From the NCBI GenBank assembly GCA_963702435.1, contig CAVPCR010000002.1:644261-708260 (forward strand): a stretch of DNA of 64,000 nucleotides, given 5' to 3'. Origin of the DNA: Candidatus Eiseniibacteriota bacterium (lineage in GTDB: Bacteria > Eisenbacteria > RBG-16-71-46 > CAVPCR01). Each line of letters starts with the position of its first letter. Positions within the stretch are counted from its first letter, which is position 1. A model generated the notes under the pieces. That model saw only the letters and a list, made by a program, of their open reading frames with translations, was not told where the DNA came from and ran no database searches. Positions 37,057 through 46,596 of the stretch are shown here, piece by piece. A program made the position numbers and the translations under genes.

Positions 37057-39336
37057 CTAGCGGACGCGCACGGTGATCGTCCGCCGGGTCGCGTTCCCGG
37101 CGCGATCGACGGCCTCGGCCGTGATCACGTGGCGGCCGCGAGCCAGCGGCGCGCGCACCCGATGGCGAAGATCGCCGGCGTCGGGATTCCATTCGCTCGG
37201 CACGCGCCGCCCGTCGATCGTGAAGGTGAGATCGTCCTCGCGAAATCCGGATTCGACATCGCGCACGCGCGCGCGGAGGAGCAGGCGGCCGGCCGCGGCG
37301 ACCACCGAATCGGCCGGCGAGAGGATGGTCACGACCGGCGGGCGCGTGTCGCGCGCGAGCACGAAGCGTGCGAGCCGGTGAACCTCGGCCCCGAAATGGC
37401 GGCCGCGCCGCTCGGCACCCACGTAACTGACCTCGTCGCCGTCGATCTCAAAGAGGGCGACTCCCGAAACACCGTTCGCGCCGGGAGCAGGCTCAGCCCC
37501 CACCCATACCCCCTCGTCGAGCGGGAGTCCGACCGGCTCGACGCGGAACACGGCGCTCACCGCCTCGAGACCCTCGGGGAGACCGCTCGGGCGCGGGTCC
37601 ACACCGGCCCATACGTAGGCATCTTCGAAGAACGCCGCCGGTCCGAACTCGACGAGCACGCGGCCGTCGAGCGCCGAGAGGCGCCCGCCCGCGGCGCGGG
37701 GGGCCGGGCACCAGGGCGGCGCGAGCGACTCCTCGGTGAAGCCGCCGGCCGCGCTCGGGACTCGCACGAGGAGCGGGCTCTGCCCGCGCGCGTCGCAGCG
37801 GACGACGTAGCGGGCACCGCGGGCCGCTCCCGACCCGGCGGCGGCCCTCGGGCTGCTCGCGGCCATGGGAACGGGAGCGTCGCTTCCGGGGAGGACGAGC
37901 CACGGCGCGCGCGCCGGCGCCGAGTCGAAGTCGAGCGTCAGCGTGGCGACGCGAGTCGCCGGCTCGAGGGTCCAGCGCGGGCGCGGAGGCGCCGCATCGC
38001 CGAGCGGCAACGGCGCTCCGGCCAGCGTGGGCTCGGCACTCGCGCGCCCGCCCGCGGTCGCGTCGGCGGCGTCGCGGGCGTCCACGCGCACGGTGGCCTC
38101 GGCGGCGGTCGCGTTGCCGAACGCATCGGTCGCCACGACGCGGAGCCGGTGCACGCCGGGCGCGAGCACGGTCGCCCCCTCCGCCGGAGTTGCCGGGGGC
38201 GCTCCCGAAACCGTCCCCCGATCGAGGCCGCCGCCCACGAGCACTCCGGACCAGGGCGGAAGTCCCTCGTGGAAATCGCCGGTCACGCCGGGCGGTACGA
38301 ACAGATTCTGGACGGTCCGCCGTCCGGCCCGCGCCTCTTCGAAATCGTACTCGGCCTCGACCTCGTGATTCCGCAGATAGTCGAAGCGGTCGAACGCAGT
38401 GACGGAGCCCCGTTCCCCGTTCACGAGGAGCTCCGTCCGGTAGATGCCGAGGTGATTCCCCGTGTCTCCATCCTGATCGTGGCCCTGGACCGCCACCGCG
38501 ACCCGCCCGCGCACGCGGATCTCGCCGGGCGCCGCCAGCGGGCCGCCGGTCTCCGCGCGGCGGAGCGGCACGCGAACGCGGCGCGCCGCGCCGTTCACCG
38601 CACCGTCGGCCCCGAGCGGCACGAAGTGGAGCGCCGTGAGCACCGGCCGGCGCGCATCCGCGGTCGCGAGCCCGTGCGTGAGCGGATTCAGGGCGACATC
38701 GCCGGTGCGCAGCTCGAAGTGGAAGTGTGCAGGCCCCTGGCCGGAGCTTCCCGACTTGCCGATCGTCTGGCCGCGCCGCACCGGAAAGCGCCCGGGTGGC
38801 GGGTTGAGGTCGACGCGATAGCGCCCGAGCGAGTCCTGCACGGCCTCGACGTAACCGGCGAGCGGTTCCATGAACGCGGAGAGATGCGCGTACACGGCAA
38901 GCCGCCCGTCGCGGAGCTGCACGTAGATGGCGCGGCCGTAACCAGCGCCCGAGGCGCGCACGCGCACGACCATCCCGTCGTCGACCGCGACGACGGGGAT
39001 CCCTTCCTGCCCAGAGGTGGAGAGATCGATCCCGGCGTGGAAGTGGCCGGGTCGATACTCGCCGAAGGTGGCGCTCAAGCACGGCGGATGCGCGAGCGGC
39101 CAGGCGTAGCGAGCGTTGGCCGCCGGGCTCGGGGGGGCGGTCGCGGCCGGGCCGGGCAGCGCGGTCGAGGCCGGGCCGGGCGGCGGCTCGGCGTCGGTCG
39201 CGGCTCCCGGTGCGACAGCGAACAGCGCAGCGAGCGAGGCGGCGAGGAGCGTGAAAGCGAGCGCGAAGCGGCGCAGATTCCGCAACGCAGCAGCCGCCGG
39301 GCTCCGGGTGGTCATGGGTCGCCTCGCCAGTCGCAT
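37057..39336 (-). CDS. M23 family metallopeptidase with C-terminal Ig-like domains
   Basis: TFGEYRPGHFHAGIDL (HxxxD), YAHL, AHFHFELR (HxH); signal peptide. Confidence 0.85.
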   Translation of the reverse strand: MRLARRPMTTRSPAAAALRNLRRFALAFTLLAASLAALFAVAPGAATDAEPPPGPASTALPGPAATAPPSPAANARYAWPLAHPPCLSATFGEYRPGHFHAGIDLSTSGQEGIPVVAVDDGMVVRVRASGAGYGRAIYVQLRDGRLAVYAHLSAFMEPLAGYVEAVQDSLGRYRVDLNPPPGRFPVRRGQTIGKSGSSGQGPAHFHFELRTGDVALNPLTHGLATADARRPVLTALHFVPLGADGAVNGAARRVRVPLRRAETGGPLAAPGEIRVRGRVAVAVQGHDQDGDTGNHLGIYRTELLVNGERGSVTAFDRFDYLRNHEVEAEYDFEEARAGRRTVQNLFVPPGVTGDFHEGLPPWSGVLVGGGLDRGTVSGAPPATPAEGATVLAPGVHRLRVVATDAFGNATAAEATVRVDARDAADATAGGRASAEPTLAGAPLPLGDAAPPRPRWTLEPATRVATLTLDFDSAPARAPWLVLPGSDAPVPMAASSPRAAAGSGAARGARYVVRCDARGQSPLLVRVPSAAGGFTEESLAPPWCPAPRAAGGRLSALDGRVLVEFGPAAFFEDAYVWAGVDPRPSGLPEGLEAVSAVFRVEPVGLPLDEGVWVGAEPAPGANGVSGVALFEIDGDEVSYVGAERRGRHFGAEVHRLARFVLARDTRPPVVTILSPADSVVAAAGRLLLRARVRDVESGFREDDLTFTIDGRRVPSEWNPDAGDLRHRVRAPLARGRHVITAEAVDRAGNATRRTITVRVR

Positions 39337-39518
39337 GGTGTCCGCAAACGTCCGCGGCGGCCAGCCGCCGATCCTCGAGCGCCGCGCTCGCTCGTCTCGA
39401 GCGTGTAGAGCGCGAAGCGCGCGATCCTAGCCGCGGGCGCGAGAGAGGGTCAAGGGAGCGCTTCGCGCAGCATGCCTGGTGATTGAAGGGTAGTCCGCCC
39501 CGCGGCCGCATCGCGCCG

Positions 39519-39714
39519 GCGTCAAACGCTGTCGGGTCTTGTGAACTCTCCTCGCCCGACCGCAGCTCTTCCCCGACGGACGCCATCGCCCCACCCGGCG
39601 ACGGCACCCTCCGCGTCAAACGCTGTCGGGTCTTGTGAACTCTCCTCGCCCGACCGCAGCTCTTCCCCGACGGACGCCATCGCCCCACCCGGCGACGGCA
39701 CCCTCCGCGTCAAA
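39519..39714. repeat. Tandem direct repeat, 94-bp unit, 2 identical copies plus the start of a third interrupted by the mobile element
   Basis: GCGTCAAA recurs at 39519, 39613 and 39707; its continuation CGCTGTCGGGTCTTGTGAACTC resumes at 42290 on the far side of the element. Confidence 0.92.
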
Positions 39715-40033
39715 TGGATAGCGGATTGCGGCCGTCGCGCGCAGCGCGCATGGCCGTTATGCGCTCGTTGAACGAAGCCGCGGAGCGGGGTGCTATGGGG
39801 AGATCACGGGCGTTGTGAAGGGGTGTTGGGTGGGGGCGGGTGTGCAGGGGAAGGTGAGGGATGGGGGGTGAAGGAGGAGGAGATCGCGGAGGAGGGGCGT
39901 GGGTGAAGCGAGCGGAGGTGGATGGGCGGGGGTGTGACGTGTGCATCGGGAGGAGAAGCGAGAGTCCCGGGCAGGGTGGAACAGGCCGGGATGGCGACGG
40001 GCGAAGACGCGAGGTGGGGGTAGATGGGTGTGG

Positions 40034-41257
40034 TCATGGGGAAGCGCGGGCGGCCGCGGTGAGAGTGAGGAGCGGGGCCTGGGGCGGCAGGGTCTGCCGG
40101 CGGATGAGCCGGCCGCCGCAGCAGGGGCAGGCCATGATGTCGATGCCGGTGAGGTCGCGGAAGCGCTCCGCCCACGATGGTGGTTGCTCTGGGTCGGGGG
40201 GAGTGGTGGTGAGGAGGGCGGGTGTTGGGGGCACGAGGAGCTGTCGGGCGGTAGCGAGCTTACGCTGGACGTTGCGACCGGCCGCGAGGCCATAGTGGCG
40301 GATGCGGACGAAGCGCGGGGGGAGGACATGGAGCAGGAAGCGGCGGAGGAACTCGACCGCGTCGAGGGTCAAGGTCTCCTTCTTGCCGCCATCAGCGTAG
40401 TTCTTGCTGGAGAAGGTCACCTGGTTGTCGGCGACGTGGAGCAGACGGTGGTTGGAGATGGCGACGCGGTGGGTATAGCGACCGAGGTAGCGGAAGACAT
40501 GTTCGGGTCCGCCGAAGGGCGGCTTGGCGTAGACGACCCAGTGCTTGCGGTACAGGCGGTTCTTGAACGCGCTCCAGGTATGGGGGTCGGCGAGCTCGGC
40601 GGTGCTGCCGGCGAGGGCGAGCTGGCCGCGCTGCCAGGCGCGGTGGAGGGCATGGAGGAACTTGCCGCGGAAGAGCTTGGCCAGGACCTGGACGGGTAGG
40701 AAAAAGCCCTGGCGACCGGGGATCCAGCGGCTGCCGTCGAGCGCGAGTCCACCGCCGGTGACGACGCAGTGCAGATGGGGATGGAGGAGCAGGTTCTGGC
40801 CCCAGGTGTGGAGCACGGCGGTGATGCCGATGTCGGCGCCGAGGTACTGGGGGTCGCGGGCGAGAGCGAGCAGGGTCTGGGCGGCGGCGGCAAAGAGGAT
40901 CTTGTAGACGACGTCCTTGTTGCGCAGGGCGAGGGGGTTGAGCTGATCGGGGATGGTGAAGACGACGTGGAAGTAGGGCACGGGGAGCAAGCGCTCGAGG
41001 CGCTGGGCGAGCCAGGCCGCCTGCTGGGGTGCCTGGCACTTCGGGCAGTGCCGGTCCCGGCAGGAGTTGTAGGAGATGCGCACGTGCCCGCAGGCATCGC
41101 ACTCGTCGACATGACCGCCGAGTGCAGCCGTGCGGCAGGTGGCGATGTGTCTGAGAACGCGCTCCTGGGCCGCCGACGGACGATACCGGCGGCAGTAGTC
41201 ATCGCCGCTGGCCCGGATCACGTCGGCGACCTCGAAGCGGGGTCGCCCCGCGTCCAC
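40034..41257 (-). CDS. IS91 family (Y2/HUH) transposase with N-terminal Zn-binding domain
   Basis: CRTAALGGH..C..C...SYNSCRDRHCPKC, YFHVVFTIP, LHTWGQ..LHPHLHC (HUH), YLGRYTHRVAI (YxxxY), FLLHVLP..F.RIRHYG. Confidence 0.95.
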   Translation of the reverse strand: MDAGRPRFEVADVIRASGDDYCRRYRPSAAQERVLRHIATCRTAALGGHVDECDACGHVRISYNSCRDRHCPKCQAPQQAAWLAQRLERLLPVPYFHVVFTIPDQLNPLALRNKDVVYKILFAAAAQTLLALARDPQYLGADIGITAVLHTWGQNLLLHPHLHCVVTGGGLALDGSRWIPGRQGFFLPVQVLAKLFRGKFLHALHRAWQRGQLALAGSTAELADPHTWSAFKNRLYRKHWVVYAKPPFGGPEHVFRYLGRYTHRVAISNHRLLHVADNQVTFSSKNYADGGKKETLTLDAVEFLRRFLLHVLPPRFVRIRHYGLAAGRNVQRKLATARQLLVPPTPALLTTTPPDPEQPPSWAERFRDLTGIDIMACPCCGGRLIRRQTLPPQAPLLTLTAAARASP

Positions 41258-41266
41258 GACGGAAGC

Positions 41267-42124
41267 TCAGCCGAGGACTGCGGCGGCCGGAGTGCCGAGC
41301 AGGTCGAGCGGGCTCGTGGTGCGCGCGATGTGCTCGACACTGATGTGGGTGTAGATCTGGGTCGTGCGCAGCGAGGCGTGGCCGAGCAGCGCCTGGACGA
41401 CCGTGACGTCGGTGCCGGACTCGAGCAAATGGGTGGCAAAGCTGTGTCGAAGCACGTGCGGGGAGACGGTCTTCTGGAAGCGCAGCTCGGCCACGGTCTG
41501 GCGGAAGACGCCGCGCACGCTGGAGGTGCTGAGGTGCCCGGCGGGGGTGTGGCCGGGGAACAGCCAGCCGTTGTGGTGCGGGCTCGACCGCCAGTAGTCG
41601 CGCAGGGCGAGGAGCAGCCGCGGGGAGAGCAAGGTGTAGCGGTCGACGCCGCCCTTGGCGCCGCGGAGGTGGATCACCATGCGCTGCGCGTCGATGTGCT
41701 CGGGCCGGAGCCGACACGCCTCCGAGATGCGCAGGCCCGCGCCGTACATCGCCATGAGGATGGTGCGGTACTTGAGGTTACGGACGGCGGCCAACAGGCG
41801 CTCCACCTCGGAACCGCTGAGCACGACCGGCAAGGGCTTGTGTCGGCGGGGCGACGGCAACCACTCGATCTCGATCGGTCGGTTGAGGGTGACCATGTAC
41901 AGGAAGCGCAGGGCGGCGCGGGCCTGGCGGAAGGTCCCGCGGGCCATGCCCTGCTCGATCAGGTGCAGCAGGAACTGCCGGATCTCGGCGGCTCCCATCT
42001 CCGCCGGCGAACGCATGAAGTGGGCGGCGTACTTGCGGGCGTAATACAGATAGATCCTGTGGGTGCCGGCGCTGTACCCTGCAAGGGCGAGGTCGGCCTC
42101 CATCTGGTCGCGGAGCTGTCCCAT
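41267..42124 (-). CDS. Tyrosine recombinase (integron-integrase-like N-terminal SAM domain)
   Basis: LPVVLS, YGAGLRISE (R), GAKG (K), HVLRHSFATHLLE (HxxR), LLGH, TTQIYTH (Y). Confidence 0.95.
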   Translation of the reverse strand: MGQLRDQMEADLALAGYSAGTHRIYLYYARKYAAHFMRSPAEMGAAEIRQFLLHLIEQGMARGTFRQARAALRFLYMVTLNRPIEIEWLPSPRRHKPLPVVLSGSEVERLLAAVRNLKYRTILMAMYGAGLRISEACRLRPEHIDAQRMVIHLRGAKGGVDRYTLLSPRLLLALRDYWRSSPHHNGWLFPGHTPAGHLSTSSVRGVFRQTVAELRFQKTVSPHVLRHSFATHLLESGTDVTVVQALLGHASLRTTQIYTHISVEHIARTTSPLDLLGTPAAAVLG

Positions 42125-42739
42125 GGCGTCCTCCCTTGGGCTTGTTGGTGACCTTGGTCAGTCAACACAACGATCCCTGGAGGACGCCATCTTTTCAAGG
42201 ACGGCTCAAGGGCGGTACGAATCGGCTGGATCCAGCCGACGTCCAGAGAAGGTACGAATCGCCTGCTACCGCGAAGCGGTTTCGTTCAACGCTGTCGGGT
42301 CTTGTGAACTCGCCTCCCTGGCCCCCTGCCTGCGGAAAACGCTCTCGCCTCGCCCGCCCGACCACCGACTCCGCCACAGCGCCCGCTCGCGGCAGGCCCG
42401 CCCGCGCCTTCCCGCCGCGACCGCGCCTTCCGCTCACGAGCCCGCGCTTGCCTCTCGCCCACTCCATCAAACGAGCGTTTCCCGGAAGCCGCGGTGGCCC
42501 ACACACGCGTATTGCACGAACCGTGCCCCGCTGCTCCGAGAGAGATTCTTCGTCCAAGTGGTGATTCTGGGACTGCCGGGACAAGCGCTTCGTACCAGTC
42601 TCCGCCGGGGTGCGCACTTCGTGGTCACTCTCGCCAGCTTCGTTGCTACCGAGCGAGGCCACATCGGTCCGTCCGCCACTTCACACCGCCAGTCCGGGCG
42701 TTCTTGACAGACCGTTCACCGGCTGACATCGTCGCCCTC

Positions 42740-43093
42740 ATGAGCACGGTCGCCCCCTGCATCTTCTGCCGCATCGCGAACGGCGAGATTCCATCGCGAC
42801 GCGTGCACGAGGATCCGGAGATCGTCGCCTTCGAGGATGTGAACCCGCAGGCGCCGGTGCACGTGCTTGTGGTACCGCGAGCGCACATCCCGACCCTGAA
42901 CGATCTGGACACGGCCTCCGGTGCCCTCGTGGGACGGATCATCCTCGTGGGGCGGGAGGTGGCCCGGAAGAAGGGACTTGGCGAACGCGGATACCGCCTG
43001 GTCTGGAACTGCCTCGAGGAGGCCGGGCAGAGTGTCTTCCATATTCACCTGCACGTCCTCGGCGGGCGGCCCATGGGCTGGCCGCCGGGATAA
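42740..43093 (+). CDS. Histidine triad nucleotide-binding protein (HinT-like)
   Basis: CIFCRI, PQAPVHVLVVP, GQSVFHIHLHVLGGR..GWPPG. Confidence 0.95.
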   Translation: MSTVAPCIFCRIANGEIPSRRVHEDPEIVAFEDVNPQAPVHVLVVPRAHIPTLNDLDTASGALVGRIILVGREVARKKGLGERGYRLVWNCLEEAGQSVFHIHLHVLGGRPMGWPPG

Positions 43094-43784
43094 GGCCGGC
43101 CTGGCAGGCCAGGCCGGCCAGGCCAGCCGGGCGGTTGGCCCGGGGTCCGGGAGCAGAGGCAACACCCGGCCACCTGGAGGGGCAAGATGCGGCCGGGGTG
43201 TCAGGGGGGCCAGCGAGGCCCAGCGCCCCGAGGTCAAGGAGGACAGCCGATCGAGCAGGAGGTGGGAGCAGGCCCTGGATCCTGAACCTGGATCCTCAAT
43301 AAATTGAAGACCCAAAACGGTGAGGCCCTCCGTCACAAACGTGTCCCGCTGGCTTAAGAGACCAGGGTCAAGCCCTGAAGGATAAGCCGCTCCTAGATCA
43401 CGAGAGTAACAGAGGACCTCAAAGGTCCTTGCTATTTAAGTACTTACAAAAATGACCCCGATCGGTTCAGCGGGCCTTCTCACCCTTTCGAGCGGGCCGG
43501 GACACCGGGGATGCGCTCCTTTTTTGCTGATTTCACAGCTATATACCCGGGAAGGGGCGTCCGGGTTTCGTCGCCCATTCACAAGCAGGAGCCCGCGGAG
43601 GCTCGGCCGTGGGGCTGGAGGTCCCCAAGTTCGGCTTGCCCTCCCCTCTCCTCTTCTGTAGACTTTTTGGATATCCAGCCTGGTCAATGCTCGAGTTCAC
43701 CGCTCGTACCTGGGCCCCGGCCGTCTCCCCCCTCGCCGAATCGGGGCATTCGCCAATCCACCCGAACCGGAGGAAGCCTTCTAG

Positions 43785-44414
43785 ATGCGACGTTTGGGTT
43801 CGTCCAATCGCCCGTCGACCTGGCTCGGCCTCGCGGCAGGGATCGCCTTCATGGCCGCCCACCCGGGGATGCGGGACGCATTCCAGATCAAGGACCATCC
43901 GCCGCCGGCGGCGGTCGGGCCCTTCTGCCTGTTGACCGGTGCCCCGACCCTCTCCACGACCGGCATCTGGCACCTCGAACACCCCGAAGACGTACTGCCC
44001 TTCGACCTCGTCCTCGCCGGCTACCCCGAGACCGCGTCCATGGACCATCGCGTGGTGGCCCGGGTGGCCTGCACTGCCTACACGAGTTGCGTCTGCGAGA
44101 CGGACTCGACCCCCGATATCACCGCGAGCCTCACGACCCCCGACAAGGGGACCATCGCCCTCTCCCGGGACCTGCTCGCCGAGTTCACCCCGGGCGCGCC
44201 CTTCCGCTTCGGCGATCGGGTCGAGCTGATCGGCGTCGGCGTCTTCCGCGTCGAGGACACGATGGCTCAGCGGTGGCACCGCCGCGCCGACATCTGGCTC
44301 CCCACCTGGGAGGAGGCGAGCGTCTGGGGACGGCGCACCGTGCTCCTCGCCCGCCTCACCGAGCGCGAAGAGGATGTGGCGCTCCTCGACACTCCCGCCC
44401 GCGACGGCACCTAG
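43785..44414 (+). CDS. 3D (Asp-Asp-Asp) domain protein, putative peptidoglycan-active
   Basis: TAYTS...ETDSTPDITAS...IALSRDL...VEDTM..RW...DIW; start uncertain. Confidence 0.78.
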   Translation: MRRLGSSNRPSTWLGLAAGIAFMAAHPGMRDAFQIKDHPPPAAVGPFCLLTGAPTLSTTGIWHLEHPEDVLPFDLVLAGYPETASMDHRVVARVACTAYTSCVCETDSTPDITASLTTPDKGTIALSRDLLAEFTPGAPFRFGDRVELIGVGVFRVEDTMAQRWHRRADIWLPTWEEASVWGRRTVLLARLTEREEDVALLDTPARDGT

Positions 44415-44431
44415 CCTGCTATCCTTCGGAC

Positions 44432-44878
44432 ATGCTGCTCCTTGGTGATCGTTCGAGCGTGCTGCTCGTGGTCGTGCTCGTTCTCGGTGCGGCGTGTCAG
44501 GGCGGCTTCGAGCCGCCCGCGCTCGACAGCCCGCTGGATCCCGCCAACGGCCAGCTCCCGGCCACCCCGACGATCAGCGGCGTAACGGCCACCTGCGCCG
44601 ATGGCGATCCGGTGGTCGAGGTCGAGTGGACGGCGGCGGACGACCCGTTGCTCACGGGCTTCCAGATCTACCGGAGCCGATCGCTCATCGAGAATCCAGG
44701 GACGCTCGTGGCCACGGTGCCGCCGTCAGCGCGGAGTTTCACTGACGGCGCGGTCGCCGGGATCCCCGGCCTCGAGCCGAACTCGCTCTATTACTACCGG
44801 ATTCGTTCGCTCGGCCCGGATGGCACGCCGAGTCTTCGCTCGGCGGCGGCCGCCCGCGTCACGCCGCCCTGCCCCTGA
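44432..44878 (+). CDS. Fibronectin type III domain lipoprotein
   Basis: LGAAC lipobox; DSPLDP; W...GFQIYRS...FTD...LEPNSLYYYRIRS. Confidence 0.75.
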   Translation: MLLLGDRSSVLLVVVLVLGAACQGGFEPPALDSPLDPANGQLPATPTISGVTATCADGDPVVEVEWTAADDPLLTGFQIYRSRSLIENPGTLVATVPPSARSFTDGAVAGIPGLEPNSLYYYRIRSLGPDGTPSLRSAAAARVTPPCP

Positions 44879-44903
44879 TCGCCGAAACGCCCGCGAACAC
44901 CTC

Positions 44904-46115
44904 TCAGGGCGCCCCGCCCAGAGCGGCGCGCACCTTCGCCTCGACGAGCGCGAGCGCCTCGCCTAGACGCGCGGCATCCTCGCCCCCCGCCTCCGCGAAG
45001 TGTGGTTTCCCGCCCCCGCGCCCGCCGAACGCGACCGCTGCCTCGCGCACGATCGGTCCGAGATCGATCGCGAGGTCGGCGGACGCCGCCGCCACGAGGC
45101 GCGGCCGGCCTCCGGCGACACACCCGACGACTGCGACTGCGCGGTCGTGCGCCGCCACAGCGCCGGCGAGCGCGCGGGCCGCATCGAGTCCGCTTTCGCT
45201 CACGTGACGCACGAGGCGATACCCCGCGGCTCGGTCAGCCGCCGCCACCAGTCCGCCGGCACGACTCGTCGCAAGTTCCACCTCGAGGTCACGGATCCGC
45301 CGCTCAAGCCCCGGCCGCTCCTCGGCCAGGCGAGCGACGAGCGCCGGCACGTCGCGCTCGCCGGTCGTGAAGCGCTGCGCGAGCTCGCGCCATGCCTCGT
45401 GCTTGAAGGCGTAATCGGCGAGACTTCGCCACCCACAGTGAAAGAAGACGCGGAGCCCGCTTCGCACCCGCTCGGTGCGGCGCACCTTGACCGCTCCGAT
45501 CTCGCCGGTCCGCCGCACGTGGGTGCCGCCGCAAGCGTTCCGATCGAACTCCTCGATCGTGACCACGCGCACGTCGGCACGCACATGATCCGGCGAGCGC
45601 ACGCCGAGCGCGGCGGCGGCCGCCGGCGCCATGTCCTCGGCGTGGAGCGGCCGGTCCTCGAACACGATGCGATTTGCAAGCTCCTCGGCCGCCGCGATCT
45701 GCGCGGCATCGACCTCCCGATCGAGGTCGATCGTCACCTCGCTCGGGCCGAGGTGGAAGGACGCGGTGTCGGCGCCGGCCAGGATCTCGAAGCAGCGCGA
45801 GAGGAGATGCTGTCCCGAATGCTGCTGCATGTGATCGAAGCGGCGGGTCCAGTCGAGAGCCGCGGCTTGCGTGCCGGGTTCGAGCGGGCGGTCGAGGAGA
45901 TGGAGGATATCGCCGTCAGGCCCCACCTGCACGTCGAGCACGCGCGCGGGGCCGAGCGTTCCCTGGTCGGCGGGCTGCCCGCCGCCCTCGGGGTAGAAGA
46001 TGGTGGCATCGAGGATCGCGGCCGGCCCGGCGGCTGCCGCGACGATCGCGCGCACCTCGGCGGTCGCATTGCGGCAATACGGATCCTCCAGATAGACTCG
46101 GCGTGTGATCGACAT
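44904..46115 (-). CDS. Alanyl-tRNA editing protein (AlaX with DHHA1 domain)
   Basis: FYPEGGGQPAD, MQQHSGQHLLS (HxxxH), CGGTH, GGRGGGKPHFAEAG. Confidence 0.92.
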   Translation of the reverse strand: MSITRRVYLEDPYCRNATAEVRAIVAAAAGPAAILDATIFYPEGGGQPADQGTLGPARVLDVQVGPDGDILHLLDRPLEPGTQAAALDWTRRFDHMQQHSGQHLLSRCFEILAGADTASFHLGPSEVTIDLDREVDAAQIAAAEELANRIVFEDRPLHAEDMAPAAAAALGVRSPDHVRADVRVVTIEEFDRNACGGTHVRRTGEIGAVKVRRTERVRSGLRVFFHCGWRSLADYAFKHEAWRELAQRFTTGERDVPALVARLAEERPGLERRIRDLEVELATSRAGGLVAAADRAAGYRLVRHVSESGLDAARALAGAVAAHDRAVAVVGCVAGGRPRLVAAASADLAIDLGPIVREAAVAFGGRGGGKPHFAEAGGEDAARLGEALALVEAKVRAALGGAP

Positions 46116-46143
46116 GGCATACCTATCGAGGAGGTGACGAATC

Positions 46144-46476
46144 GTGGTTCCGGATGAGCCGTCGCCGGCGCACCGGCTCGAACCGGCACTTGCCCGCGCT
46201 CTTGCGGCGCTCGGCCCGTGGGGCGAGCGGCGCATCGCGGTCTACGACCTGGCGGAAGCTGCCGCCGTCGCCGCCGCTCTCAACGCAGCCTGGGAGAAGA
46301 CGGCTCCCGGCGAGCGCGCCCGGCTGGCGGTCGCCGCGCCGGCGGTTCTCGCCCCGGCGCTCACGCTCGAGGATGAAGCGACGGTAGTGCTGCTGGTGAC
46401 CGCACCGGAGACGGTGTGCCGCGGCTTCGACGAGCACGTAGGGCGGCTCGACAGCCACTCGGGCTTCGGCCGCTGA
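46144..46476 (+). CDS. Hypothetical protein
   Basis: GAGGAGG upstream and plausible codon usage; no recognisable motif. Confidence 0.35.
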   Translation: MVPDEPSPAHRLEPALARALAALGPWGERRIAVYDLAEAAAVAAALNAAWEKTAPGERARLAVAAPAVLAPALTLEDEATVVLLVTAPETVCRGFDEHVGRLDSHSGFGR

Positions 46477-46596
46477 CCGGCGCGGCGCCGCATTGCGCCC
46501 CCCACACTCCGCGCGGCGCGCGGCCGCGTCGCGCCCCCCACATTCCGCGCGGCGCCGCATCGCGCCGCCCGCCACAGTGCCCGCGCGGCGGCGTGA

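Larger units (their letters stand above)
39715..42289 (-). mobile_element. IS91-family element carrying an upstream tyrosine recombinase (~2575 bp)
   Basis: Two-gene cargo. Deleting 39715-42289 restores gcgtcaaa|cgctgtcgggtcttgtgaactc (2-bp boundary ambiguity). 16-bp inverted repeats (15/16) at 39766-39781 and 42276-42291. Confidence 0.85.

Noticed and set aside
39519..39714. Possible CRISPR array
   Set aside because: The intervening 'spacers' are identical, there are too few units and no cas genes; it is a simple tandem repeat.
41267..42124. Integron integrase (intI) with an attI site
   Set aside because: The protein is short (285 aa), appears to lack the IntI-specific insertion, is paired with an IS91 transposase, and no cassette array is present.
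43700..43784. c-di-AMP (ydaO) riboswitch upstream of the 3D-domain gene
   Set aside because: Only short fragments (GCCGAATC, CCCGAACC) resemble the consensus; the core elements and spacing are missing.
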